Shown piece after piece: positions 49,058 through 60,611 of a DNA stretch of 64,000 nucleotides. The notes beneath the pieces were generated by a model, which worked only from the letters and a program-made list of their open reading frames with translations, made no database searches and was not told the DNA's origin. The translations under genes were made by a program, and so were the position numbers. Numbering within the stretch: position 1 is the stretch's first letter; each line of letters starts with the position of its first letter. Origin of the DNA: Podarcis cretensis (taxonomy: Eukaryota); NCBI GenBank assembly GCA_951804945.1, contig OX638149.1, positions 93,496,001-93,560,000 of the forward strand, in the 5' to 3' direction.

Positions 49058-49395
49058 CAGTGGTGCCCCGCAAGACAAATGCCTCGCAAGACGGAAAACT
49101 CGCTAGACGAAATAGTTTTCCGTTTTGGAGGTGCTTCGCAAAACGAATTTCCTATGGGCTTGCTTCGCAAGACGAAAATGTCTTGCGAGTTCCTGCGGGG
49201 TTTTTTTCCCTCCCCCCCCTTTTTCTAAGCCGCTAAGCCGCTTATCCGATAAGCCGCTAAAAGCCGCTAAAAGCCGCTAAACCGCTAATAGCGCTAATCC
49301 GCTAAGCCGTCAATGGGCTTGCTTCGCAAGACGACAAAACCGCTAGATGAAGAGAATCGCGGAACAGATTCTTTTCGTCTTGCGAGGCACCACTG
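49058..49395. mobile_element. Tigger/pogo-type MITE with internal (AAGCCGCT) repeats
   Basis: TA-cagtggtgccccgcaagac ... gtcttgcgaggcaccactg-TA. Confidence 0.9.
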
Positions 49396-49850
49396 TACTG
49401 ACAACTTCAAAACTGGGTTACTTCAATGCACTCTATGTAGTTACTATGATGCACTGCTTGTGATTGGTCTGGAAAATACAGTGCAGAGCAATGCAGCATG
49501 AATGTTCACAGAAGTGAGACTCTGTCCATACATATATCACAACCCTGCTCAAGAGATCTGCACAGGCTGCCAATTTGTTACCAGGCCAGATTCAAGATAT
49601 TTGTATGTAAGGCTCTCAATACCTTAAGGACCACTCTGCTGCTAGACTATTGAACAGAATAGTAACCACAAAAAGTGGCCTTTTCCTGACAGAAATGATT
49701 GTGTGTATCCACCCAAATAGTGGAAAACCCATTACAGAATTAGAGTGATTGACCTTGGCAATTATTAAAGAAGTTGTAAGAAGCTGGTATTTTCCCTGTA
49801 GATGCATTAAATTAAAATTAGATCTCAATGGCTTGTGAGCAAATAATCTT

Positions 49851-51269
49851 TTTGCGTGGCAAGTTTCCTCCCCCAGTTGAAATGAAGACACGGACACGTT
49901 GCTTTAAGGTTAATGGGCGTGAAAGGCCACAACTTTATTGATTACGGAATTGAAGGTATTGGCCTTAGGCATTGGCTTCTATCGACTACCCGGCATGGTG
50001 ACCGGGAAGGGTTGAACACACCGCAGGAGTCCTGTTGAAGTACGCCAACTAGGGTCCCACGGGTGTCACCGCTCGGGGGCGTGCCGGAGGCCCTACCTCT
50101 CCAGGCTTCGGACAAGGCCACGCCCCCCCCTGGGAGTCCTCTACCGGACTACCCCTTCTCATTGGGGGAAGGTGATGGCGCTCCCTTCCCCCCTCCTTTT
50201 TCCTATAATTTGCCCCATGCCAATGCCTAACCGCCAACACCGTGAAAGTTGTGACGATTGCTACGAGGTAGGCGAAAAAACCAACTGGCAGGAAGTGCGC
50301 CAATTTGGAAAAATTCCTACCAGGCCCCTTGCGGCGACCAACCGAAGTCCATAGCAAGGCCAATTCTAGCTAAGCCTAAGGGTGGGTGGGATGGGAAAAC
50401 CGCTCAGCTGTTGGGGCGAGGGGAAAAGAGGGCGGTCCCTGGGCGTGCCTGGCCTTAAGTAGCCCAGGCCGCGCCTCCCCTCGCCCACCGATTGGCGGGC
50501 TGGGTTGCAGGCACGCCCAGGGATTCCCCAACTCTCGCGGGGGCAAGGGAAGCCCCCGCGAATGTGGGAGGGTCCTGCTCGCAACGTCCTCTCCTCTCCA
50601 TGCTCGGAAAGGGCTTTGCGTGGCAAGTTTCCTCCCCCAGTTGAAATGAAGACACGGACACGTTGCTTTAAGGTTAATGGGCGTGAAAGGCCACAACTTT
50701 ATTGATTACGGAATTGAAGGTATTGGCCTTAGGCATTGGCTTCTATCGACTACCCGGCATGGTGACCGGGAAGGGTTGAACACACCGCAGGAGTCCTGTT
50801 GAAGTACGCCAACTAGGGTCCCACGGGTGTCACCGCTCGGGGGCGTGCCGGAGGCCCTACCTCTCCAGGCTTCGGACAAGGCCACGCCCCCCCTGGGAGT
50901 CCTCTACCGGACTACCCCTTCTCATTGGGGGAAGGTGATGGCGCTCCCTTCCCCCCTCCTTTTTCCTATAATTTGCCCCATGCCAATGCCTAACCGCCAC
51001 AAGAGCAAGGCTCGCCGCCAATACCTTCAGGCCCGTAACCAACCCCTAATCCCGCTCAGCTGTTGGGGCGAGGGGAAAAGAGGGCGGTCCCTGGGCGTGC
51101 CTGGCCTTAAGTAGCCCAGGCCGCGCCTCCCCTCGCCCACCGATTGGCGGGCTGGGTTGCAGGCACGCCCAGGGATTCCCCAACTCTCGCGGGGGCAAGG
51201 GAAGCCCCCGCGAATGTGGGAGGGTCCTGCTCGCAACGTCCTCTCCTCTCCATGCTCGGAAAGGGCTTT
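49851..51269 (-). mobile_element. Non-autonomous split-direct-repeat (Ngaro/PAT-like, DIRS order) retroelement
   Basis: Minus-strand order: A1 (51269-51052), 52 bp, B1 (50999-50615), A2 (50617-50400), 163 bp, B2 (50236-49851). Repeats essentially identical; TTT shared at both ends and at the B1/A2 junction; AATAAA in B. Confidence 0.75.
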
Positions 51270-53423
51270 CCAAAACATCTGGTTTAAAGGTTGTAATCAC
51301 CATTTAACCCTGTGAATTATGGGAAGTTTTAGCCACTTGCCACATCAGCAAGACAGGTTCTCTACCTCCTGCCCTTGCCTGGAGATTTCCTGGCATTTAC
51401 TGTAGTATAGATAGCACTGGGTTCGATGGACCAAGAGTCTTCCTCAGCATAAGAAAGCATCATAGAGGTATTGATTCAAATTTCATTTCCCTCACCCCAA
51501 ACCTCAAAAAAGGGCCTTAGACCAACTGCAGTCTCTCAGCCATCCGGCATATGGGCTCAAAACACGCCGCTTATATTATGAAACATGTTTTCTACTTGCT
51601 ATGGACAAAGGTCCTGAAATATGAATAGTCTACAACAATTATGAACAATGGCAAGCCTATCTAGGGTGCAGAAACAGGAATAAAAGCCAGCCTGTTTAGA
51701 CTGAAAGAAGCTTGTCTCTTCTTCTGAAGTTAAGAACTTCACATGGAGCCATTAAGTGTTTTGAATCTAAGCTGGTGTAAAATGGCATAACCCTGTCCAA
51801 GCCAAGGAGACTGTGTCAATTTATGCCAGGCAGTGAGTTGGGCCTAATGCATCTGGAGCGAGCATCCTGTTTCCACAATAACATACATACACAAAAAACC
51901 CCTTTAAAAACCACTACTGCTGTAACAAATGGCGATTTCTGAAATGCAACCCTCAAAAGTATGTCAAGCCGCTTTTTAAATCAATGGGCTACATTTACAC
52001 ACAAATGCGGACTGTCTATGCAAGCTTTTTAATTTGGCCAGACTGGGAATAAGTAACTTTAAGTTAACAAGTTAATCTTGTTGACCAAAAAAACAGTTTA
52101 GCTGCGGGGAGGAAGTTTGCTTGTATTTTAGAGGTGGCTAAGGGAGCTAAGACAGTAAAGTGAAATATTAACAAGACTTGGCACAGAGTCGCTCAGGACG
52201 TCTTAGAGAAAGTCTTCCTCTGCCAGCGCACAGCTGGATTTGCAGAGTGCAGAGGAAAAGGCAGAAATGGCTGAGGAGGAAAGCGGCGCAAAAGGAGGAA
52301 AAGAGAAGCAAAGAGGTCAGTGGCTATTTGATGCTTCCCCACCCCTAGTCCTTCTAAAGGAAAGTGACTCTGCCCATCATCCAGAGCTTCTTGTACACTT
52401 TGGGGGGTACAGATGGTGCTTCAGTGCAAAGAAGCTTGCTCACAGACTCTGAAAGACTGAGCAGTTACACAGCTGCTGAAATGCCCTTTTCTGCACCGCT
52501 ACTAAAGGCACGGGAGCTCTGTCCTCTTTTGCTACCCTAGTAGAGTTGTCCTCTTCTACTCTAAGCCATCTCTAGGAGAGCTGCCCTTTTCCACTAGAAC
52601 TTCTCTGTCTGCAAAGGATCAGAGCTCTTACAGATACAATGAAGTACATATGTGGAGAATCTTGGTGGAATGAAGGAGGGCCAGTAACTTCACTGGGATT
52701 TCCATATTGGTCATTTACCACGTAACCTGCTGGCCAGGGATGGTGTCTAGTGCTCAGTGTTCCTCAGGTCTTTTCTTGACTCTGCCGCTTGTCTGATAAT
52801 TGTCCTTTGGCAGGGCCCTTATCAAAGGTTTGGTGGTGGAGGATCCTAAGGGATCAGGAAGAGCAAAGCTGAAAGAAACCTAAATTTATTTTAAGTTAGT
52901 AGATGCATGGAGTGATGTTAATAAATTTCTGTTCTATTCATTGAAAATATTTTCATTATGTTGCTGTTCAGTAAAACCCTCCAGGGCAGCTCACAGCAGA
53001 GTAATGAAATGAAACAGAAAGATGAAAAAAATAAATTGAAGGAACTCAATTGAATAGATAGAACAGTAAAAAAATTGAATTAATATAATATGCAAAACAT
53101 ATGGCACTCCCAGTCTCCTTTCCGAGTTCTCCAACACTTACTAACAACAGCCAGTGATGTGGGGCAAAGAATGCATCCCATGATAACGCCATGACAAGGG
53201 TAAGTTAGTTTAAAAATTTATCAGCAGAGCTTGACCACAATAGTTCAGGCATTGGTAACATCAGAATTGTCTTCCCTTGTCCTTGACCTGGAAACAGTAG
53301 TTACTGCAGGATGCTAAAACACAATTGCTAACAGGAGTGAGACCCTGTCAGCATATAACACCTGAGCTCAGAGGTTAGCAGTGGCTGCCTGCTTGGTATA
53401 GGACCAAGTTCAAGGTGTTACTA

Positions 53424-53650
53424 CAGTGGTACCTTGGTTGTCGAACGGCTTGGCTCCTGAACAAAATGGCTCCTGGAAGTGAGTATTCCGGTTTGCAAAC
53501 ATTTTTCAAAAGCTGAACATCTGATGTGGCTTCCGACTGAGAGCAGGAAGCTCCTGCAGCCAATCGGAAGCCATGCCTTCGTTTTCAAACCTTTTCGGGA
53601 GTTGAATAGACTCCCAGAATGGATGAAATTCAAGAACCAAGGTACCACTG
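53424..53650. mobile_element. Tigger/pogo-type MITE
   Basis: TA-cagtggtaccttggtt ... aaccaaggtaccactg-TA. Confidence 0.85.
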
Positions 53651-53697
53651 TATTCATATATAAAGCCCTTCACAGTTTGGGATTACCATACCCAATA

Positions 53698-53927
53698 CAA
53701 TCGCACCTTGGATCCCGAATGCCTTGTGAGTTGAACATTTTGGCTCCGCAAATCCAAAAGTGAGTGATCCTTTTTTTGAACCTGAACATCCGCCACGGCT
53801 TCCGCGGCTTCCAATTGGCTGCAGGAGCTTCCTGCAGCCAATTGGAAGCCACACCTTGGTTTCTGAACATTTTGGAAGTCGAATGGACTTCTGGAACGGA
53901 TTCCGTTCGACTTCCGAGGTACCACTG
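53698..53927. mobile_element. Tigger/pogo-type MITE (degenerate left TIR)
   Basis: Right end ccgaggtaccactg-TA; shares ctgcagccaat(t/c)ggaagcca with the neighbouring copy. Confidence 0.7.
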
Positions 53928-54013
53928 TATATTCTCACTCCAGTGGTTCAATTTGTGGCAGTGGCACAGTTATGGGTGCCATACAATGCCCAGTTTGAAC
54001 TTGTTTTTAAATG

Positions 54014-54850
54014 CAGTGGTGCCCCACAAGACGAACGCCTCGCAAGACGGAAAACCCGCTAGACGAAAGGGTTTTCTGTTTTGAAGGCGCTTCGCAAAAC
54101 GAATTTCCCTATGGGCTTGCTTCACAAGATGAAAATGTCTTGCGAGTTCCTGCGGGTTTTTTCTTTCTTTTTCTTTTTTTTTAATAATTTTTATTCATTT
54201 TTCAAACACATAATAAAAACAAAGCACAAAACAGAAAGTCAAAACACAAAACAAAAACATACAAAACATTTAAACAAATATAACTTCAAAATTGTATTTT
54301 CATACACCTTCTTTCCTTCGACTTCCCCATACCTCCCCATCCCTGCATCCTTGTTTTATGATTCTTTAGCAACCCTTTGGTCAATTTATCCTGATTCCCT
54401 TTCATTAAATTTCCTTTAGTTTTTTAGTTACAGCTGTAATTCTCTGTTTCTTACCCCTTGACATCTTAGCATTCCTCAATTTTACAACAGTTTTTAAGGT
54501 ATATTTTAAATTTCTTCCAGTCCTCTTCCACTGTCTCCTTCTCCTGGTCACGGATTCTGCCCGTCATCTCAGCCAGTCCCATAAAGTCCATCACCTTTGT
54601 TTGCCATTCTTCCAGAGTAGTTTTCTACTTCCTGCGGGTTTTTTCCCCTTTGCCCCCCTTTTCCTAAGCCGCTAAGCCGCTTATCAGCTGATCCGCTGAT
54701 AAGCCGCTTAACAGCTGATCGCTAAAAGCCACTAAACTGCTAATAGCGCTAATCCGCTAAGCTGTCAATGGGCTTGCTTCGCAAGACGAAAAAACCGCTA
54801 TACGAAGAGCCTCACGGAACGGATTAATTTCGTCTTGCGAGGCACCACTG
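54014..54850. mobile_element. Tigger/pogo-type MITE (family of 49058-49395) interrupted by L1
   Basis: TIRs cagtggtgccccacaagac / gtcttgcgaggcaccactg; colinear with the 49058 copy apart from the insert. Confidence 0.88.
54164..54628 (-). mobile_element. 5'-truncated L1 LINE 3' end
   Basis: Minus strand encodes TLEEWQTKVMDFMGLAEMTGRIRDQEKETVEEDWKKFKIYLKNCCKIEEC*, then a T-rich UTR, AATAAA and poly(A); 17-bp TSD ttcctgcgggttttttc (54147-54163, 54629-54645). Confidence 0.85.
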
Positions 54851-55993
54851 TGTTTTAAATCCACAATTTTTATTTTTTATTTCATTTTGTGATACGCTAG
54901 TTAGAGGGAGTTTTGTTTTTTTGTTTTTTACAGTCAAGGGGCATATAAACATCGCTCATGAAATAAATAAATGAAAGTTACAGGAGACGCCAAGGAGAAC
55001 TCGGGAACAGCATGTGTCTTTGTTGCAGAATTGTGTTGAGGATAAGTATAGTTCCAACCTGTGAAAGGTTCAGCTGTTCTTTTTCGGTTTTAAACTAATT
55101 GTGAATTGTGTTTTCAAAACTTTGAAGACTGCTGCTTTCACTGTAAAATATGAATCAGCCGGTGGAGATATTGTGGGAGGGCCTTTCCCCTCAGGCAACT
55201 GATGGAGCCCTTTCACATCCTTCTCCTCTGACACTCATGAAGGTGCACTGCAAAGCATCCTTGCCATTACGGAAAATGCAAGGCCATTTTAGAAGTTACA
55301 ATGGTTTGGGATGTTCCAGCACCCCAAAGTCCACTCCAGAACTGAACCCCCCCCCCCCAATTCATGTGTTCTGTAAATTTTCGTGGTGCATTGCTGCGTG
55401 CTTTCTGGCACAGCCAAAAAAAGGGATTTTTATTCATCATATGATGCCATAGCGTACATTATTATGCTGACATTACTGCTCCCACATGACATCTCTGACC
55501 ATTAACTACTATGGCAACAAATTACCTATACTTGGCCTGCTCTTTAGTTTTGCAAAGGCTCATTCTCCTAACAAACAGGAATGTGCCAGGCTATCTGTTT
55601 AGCAAAAGAAACTGGATGCTGGATGTTAAGTCCTCATGCAACAAAATAAAAATCAATATGGGGGAAAAACAGCTGTGCAGGAAAAAAGGGGGGATAGAAA
55701 ATCCTCCTTTCTCATGTGGGACAGGACAAAAGAGAACAGTCTGAACCACATGTGGAATAGGAATCAGGGATTTGCCAAGTATAATGCAGCAATGAAGGAT
55801 AAGAATAAAAACATCAGTGTGGAAAGGGTGGGCAATCAAAAAGAAAAATATATACATTGTATGTTAAGTAAATGTGTTATTATTTTTTTAAAAAACCTAA
55901 TAAAAATTAATAATGAAAAAAAGGAAGCATCCCTAATGCAGTGGCCCTTCCTTTCCTGGGCTCCAGGTGAGCAAATAATATATCTTGCATACT

Positions 55994-56290
55994 GCAGTGT
56001 GGTGTAGTGGTTAAGAGTGGTAGACTTGTAATCCAGGGAACCGGGTTCGCGTCTCCGCTCCTCCACATGCAGCTGCTGGGTGACCTTGGGCTAGTCACAC
56101 TTCTCTGAAGTCTCTCAGCCTCACTCACCTCACAGAGTGTTTGTTGTGGGGGAGGAAGGGAAAGGAGATTGTTAACCACTTTGAGACTCCTTTGGGTAGT
56201 GATAAAGCGGAATATCAAATCCAAACTCTTCTTCTTCTTCTTCTTCTTCTTCTTCTTCTTCTTCTTCTTCTTCTTCTTCTTCTTCTTCTT
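55994..56290 (+). mobile_element. tRNA-derived SINE with (TTC)n tail (Squam3-like)
   Basis: cagtgtggtgtagtggttaagagtggtagacttgtaatccagggaaccgggttcg (A/B boxes), ctgctgggtgaccttgggctagtcac core, ~21 TTC units. Confidence 0.85.
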
Positions 56291-57119
56291 GGGCCTAGCA
56301 AGGAACAGGCCACTATATATTAAGGAGATGTGTGCATAGCCCTCACGTTCTTGGTAATGATGAAATACCTTGCAATGCATGCAGCAGTAGTTGAAGGCTG
56401 GTGGGAGAGACAGAAAGGACTCAGTATTCCTTGTGGGGAAGCACTTCCACAAGTGCAGATTTATGAGTGTGGAGCAATGCATGAGGAAGCAATAGATCTT
56501 GCCCATTATTCAAACATTATATTGTGCAGTCCTACACATAATCTGCACAGAAGTAAGCCCCAGGGAGTTCAGAGGGAATTTCTCCTAGGTAAATATGTAC
56601 AGGATTGCACCAGACTTCATTTCTTAAAGAATTTCAATAAAATGTAATGTGAATAAGATATGAACAGAATTCAATACATTCCTAACCATGTCTACACAGA
56701 AACACCTCCTACTGAATTCAGCGGGGTTATTCCCACGTAATGGGGTTAGTATTGCAGTGTTAACATATTAAGCACTCTTCCTAGGGTTTTATTACCCCCC
56801 TAGCACAAAATAAATGGGTTTTTACCATCTACATTCTGTCCCTCTGGTTCTTGCTAAGCATTAAGATCACTTCTCAGGGACTCCGTAAAAACAACACGAA
56901 AATCAGCACAGTAGGTTTAATCTGACAGACAGCCTTGGAAAGAGTTTCAGAAAAAGAATAAATTGGTGAGGCTTTTGCGGTGTAGAAAGATGACGGCCTA
57001 AAGGTAAAGCAGGGTGGGGCATCAGATTGGTGCTGCTGAGGTCATTTGTTAATTAATGGTGCCTCACTTCAGATCTTACTCATAGCTAGCTAATGAGAGA
57101 AGTGAACACCAATGCATAT

Positions 57120-57390
57120 GTTGTTGTTGTTGTTTAGTCGTTTAGTCGTGTCCGACTCTTCGTGACCCCATGGACCAGAGAACGCCAGGCACTCCTGTCC
57201 TCCACTGCCCCCCGCAGCTTGGTCAGACTCATGCTGGTAACCTCGAAAACACTATCCAACCATCTCGTCCTCTGTCGTCCCCTTCTCCTTGTGCCCTCCA
57301 TCTTTCCCAACATCAGGGTCTTCTCCAGGGAGTCTTCTCTTCTCATGAGGTGGCCAAAGTACTGGAGCCTCAACTTCACAATTTGTCCTT
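57120..57390 (-). mobile_element. 5'-truncated BovB 3' end
   Basis: About 3 differences from the full-length copy; (CAA)n tail; 13-bp TSD caccaatgcatat at 57107-57119 and 57391-57403. Confidence 0.96.
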
Positions 57391-57914
57391 CACCAATGCA
57401 TATACTTAAGCAATAATCCACAAAACCCCATCCTTGCACTTTCTCTAAATGGGAGCAACACTATATGTTATGCTGAACACACAGGGCTGCCTCTAAAAAT
57501 GTTGCCCAATGTTGAGTTATTCCATCTCAACGCCATGCTCATTTAGGCACGTCTTCTCCTGTTGTGTGGTATCATCACAGGGGTGCCAACTTGAATAAAA
57601 TATTGGGAGGGGCCCAGGTAAGCCCCACACTGCTTAACTGATCACAAGATGTGGCATGCAGACACCTTTTGAATACCAATGCTCATCATCTTTGGCGGGA
57701 GGCCGAAGGAGTAGGCTCCTATATATGATAACATTTGGTGTTTCCCCACTGCTGCCATCAGGAGCCAAATATGGAGTGATGGCAGAAAAGTTCACATCCC
57801 AACCACCTTGCAATGCATGTTGCAAGTATGGCTAAAAACTACATGGGAGAAGAGGGAGAACTAGACAAGCAGCTGCCATTTTTAGCAGAAGCCTTGCGTC
57901 AGATATGAACAGAA

Positions 57915-58100
57915 GAAGCTGCCTTATACTGATTCAGACCACTGGTCCACCAAGCTCAGTATTGTCCTCACAGACTAGTAGCAGCTCTCTAGAGTTTCAG
58001 ACTGGGGACATCCCCAGCTCTGCTTGCAGATGATGAGGATTGAATCTCTGTTCTTCTGCATGCAGAGCAGATGCTCTACCACTGAGCTACAGCTGTCCCC
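57915..58100 (-). mobile_element. tRNA-derived squamate SINE
   Basis: Minus strand ggggacagctgtagctcagtggtagagcatctgctctgcatgcagaag...ctgaatcagtataaggcagcttc. Confidence 0.8.
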
Positions 58101-59069
58101 CCAATGCATTGCTCTGTCCAGAGACAGGGGCAGTGTGAATTGCCTTTTTAGTACGAATGATGTTGCTTTTTATTGTTGGACGTAAAACAGCCGGTGAAGA
58201 ATTTGCAGGAGGGCCAGGAATGGCACGGGGGTAAGGCCTTTGCCCTTCCAGGTCATCTTGTGGCTATAGACATGCCCTTTAGCAAGTCGCTCAGCACTTG
58301 TATGACAGACAGCAGCAGCAACAAAAATGACAGAGATTTTTGCCAAGACTTGAACAGCGGAAAAAATAATAGGTGTGTGCGTTCCTATAATGTCGTTCAC
58401 CTTAAAATGCGAAGCAACGAACAGCAGCAAGGAAAGAAGGGTCCTACATTACAATAACAAAGCCAGGAGCAGATATAACATAGGAGCCCTGGCCGTGGTT
58501 GTCCCTGAAGGGAGCGATGCAGTGGAAATAATGTTTGCTGTTTCTGTATTGATTGCAGAGGTAGCATGCAATTTGATCTTGGGCCTGATAAGAAATGAGA
58601 GACTGTGAACTTCAGGTTGTAATTTGGTTCTGGCATGGTTTGTGCTTGTAATACATTTGTCTAGAACAGGGGAGGGGGAACTTTTGGCCCTCCAGATGTT
58701 GCTACACTACAACTCCCATCATTCCTGACCAGTGGTTCTGCTGGCTTGGGTTGATGGAAGTGGGAGTCCAGCAGCTAGGGGCATTTGGGGGCCAAGGGCC
58801 TTCCAATTTTTCAAGGAATGGGGGCCTGGCCCCCTCAAAATCCCATGGTGGCCATGCTTGTACACCGTGAGGTATGTTGACATCACTCTCACAAGCCGTG
58901 CAGCGTGCGTATGACACATCAGCACACTACCCAGCATGCGCGAGTGACATCAGTATGTTGCACGGCCAAGGCCCTCTCAGTCATGGGGGCAAGCTGGCAC
59001 ACTTGCCAGCAACATCTGGAGAGTCACAACTTAGCCTAAGTAGGACAACTGGAAAGATAGATTTATATC

Positions 59070-59160
59070 CTAGTCCTCCTTTGCCCAGGCAGTAGAATCT
59101 CCTGCACACATGCAGCCGCAGAAACTTTGATCACAGTCAGGATAGACCCTCGTGCGCAGC
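59070..59160 (-). CDS. Candidate terminal exon of an unidentified minus-strand gene
   Basis: Acceptor cttctttctag|g; in phase with the 29-nt exon it gives ...WLRTRVYPDCDQSFCGCMCAGDSTAWAKED*; minus-strand AATAAA near 58168-58173. No homology recognised. Confidence 0.35.
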
Positions 59161-60582
59161 CTAGAAAGAAGTGATCCTGCTTCAGGCAGCACCATGAGCA
59201 GAGGTGGTTTTAAGGTAGCACAACTGGTGCAGCTGCCACAACAGTGCTGTAGCATGGAGCCCAAGAGGCGGTGTGGGGCCAAATGTTGCTGTTGCACAGG
59301 GCACTGCTGAAACTTGAGAGCCCAAAGTCTGCCACTGCGATAAAAAGAGGAACTGATGCCTGAATGGTACAGCAAGATTTTTAAAAGCCCTCGGGGTAGG
59401 GAACCTTATTCAGCCCAAGAGCCACATTTCCTCATGGATGATCTTTCAAGGGTTACTTACCAGTGGTAGGCAGAGCCCAAGGCAAAAGTGAGTGGAGCAA
59501 TGGCTGTGACTCTTTTCCTTTTGTCCTGCATGTTCTCACAGTGGGAGATGAGGAGATATAAATTGATGGGTTTTTATTTTTACAATATGAGCAAAAACTG
59601 GGCAGAGGCCAATATGGTCAAATAAATCTGGAGGGAGTGGATTTTGAGGGGCTGGGCATCTTACACACTTTTAATTATACACAGTAGTTCTAAGCTTCCT
59701 GTTCTCTCCCACCTCTTTGTTCAAAAATGGTAAGTCCTTTGTGAGGTACTAGGGTTGCTAGCTAATCTCCTCCCTTGGAGCAGGGTAAGCTATAAACAAC
59801 CCTGGAGGAAGCATCTCACAAAACACAAAAACAGTTACATACAAGCCCTGCCCTTATCTCTGCAGAGGGGTGCATGAGGAATCCATTTATTACCTACGGT
59901 GGCTGCACAGATAAGAGACTATTAAAAAGAGGGTCAATCAAAAGAAATGTGAGGAGCTCTTCACAGTTATTTATTTTATGTATGCATTTATTTATTGCTC
60001 TTATATCTTGCTCTTCCTGCGGCAAGCTTATTGGGGAGCATTTTATTAGTGAGATATCAGAGTCTTTTAAAGCCAAGCAGTGCCTAAATAGCAAATGAGC
60101 AGCAGAAATCTAAGTGTAAGCCACACAGAGCTCATTTGCTCTGAGCTCTCAATGCATCATTTTGCTTCAGCCAGCTAGTTTCAAATAGGCGGGGATGCCT
60201 GTGGTTCCTGCAGAATAAGCCTGCTATTATAGCAGAGATGGCCCAAAGCCACAAACCTTGCCACTAATTATGAGTTTCAACATTTGGAATAGGGATTATC
60301 ATTCAGTATGCATTTCGCTTGACTCAACACAAGGGTTACTCAGAGTACCTGAAGTGTGCTCAGAGCAAACGGCACACAGCCCTGCCTGCAGGTGCTGAGG
60401 ACAGCCCTGTCACCGTTGTGATTTAGTGACAGTTTCACCAGCCCAGATTAACTTTGCTCGTCTCCTTCCTCGTGAAGCTCTCCTCCTGCCTCAGCCTGGC
60501 AGAGAGAAAAATGTGCACAATCAGGGTTAACTTAAATCTGAACTAAACTCCACTCATTTGGAAGTCTTCCCAACCAACTCAC

Positions 60583-60611
60583 CACGACAGCAGAGAGTTG
60601 TGTGAGGCAAA
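60583..60611 (-). CDS. Candidate 29-nt exon of an unidentified minus-strand gene
   Basis: Strong acceptor cttttcctttttccctccccag| and donor |gtgagt. Confidence 0.4.

Noticed and set aside
49851-51269. Interpreting the GC-rich block as a CpG-island promoter, solo LTR pair or simple tandem duplication; its many short ORFs
   Set aside because: Spacers between repeats differ, there are no TG...CA termini, PBS/PPT or 4-6 bp TSD, and the ORFs are short GC-rich frames without recognisable domains. A by-eye search for a hammerhead core (CUGANGA...GAAA) found none.
55907-56506. Poly-Lys / poly-Leu ORFs
   Set aside because: Translation of the (TTC)n SINE tail.
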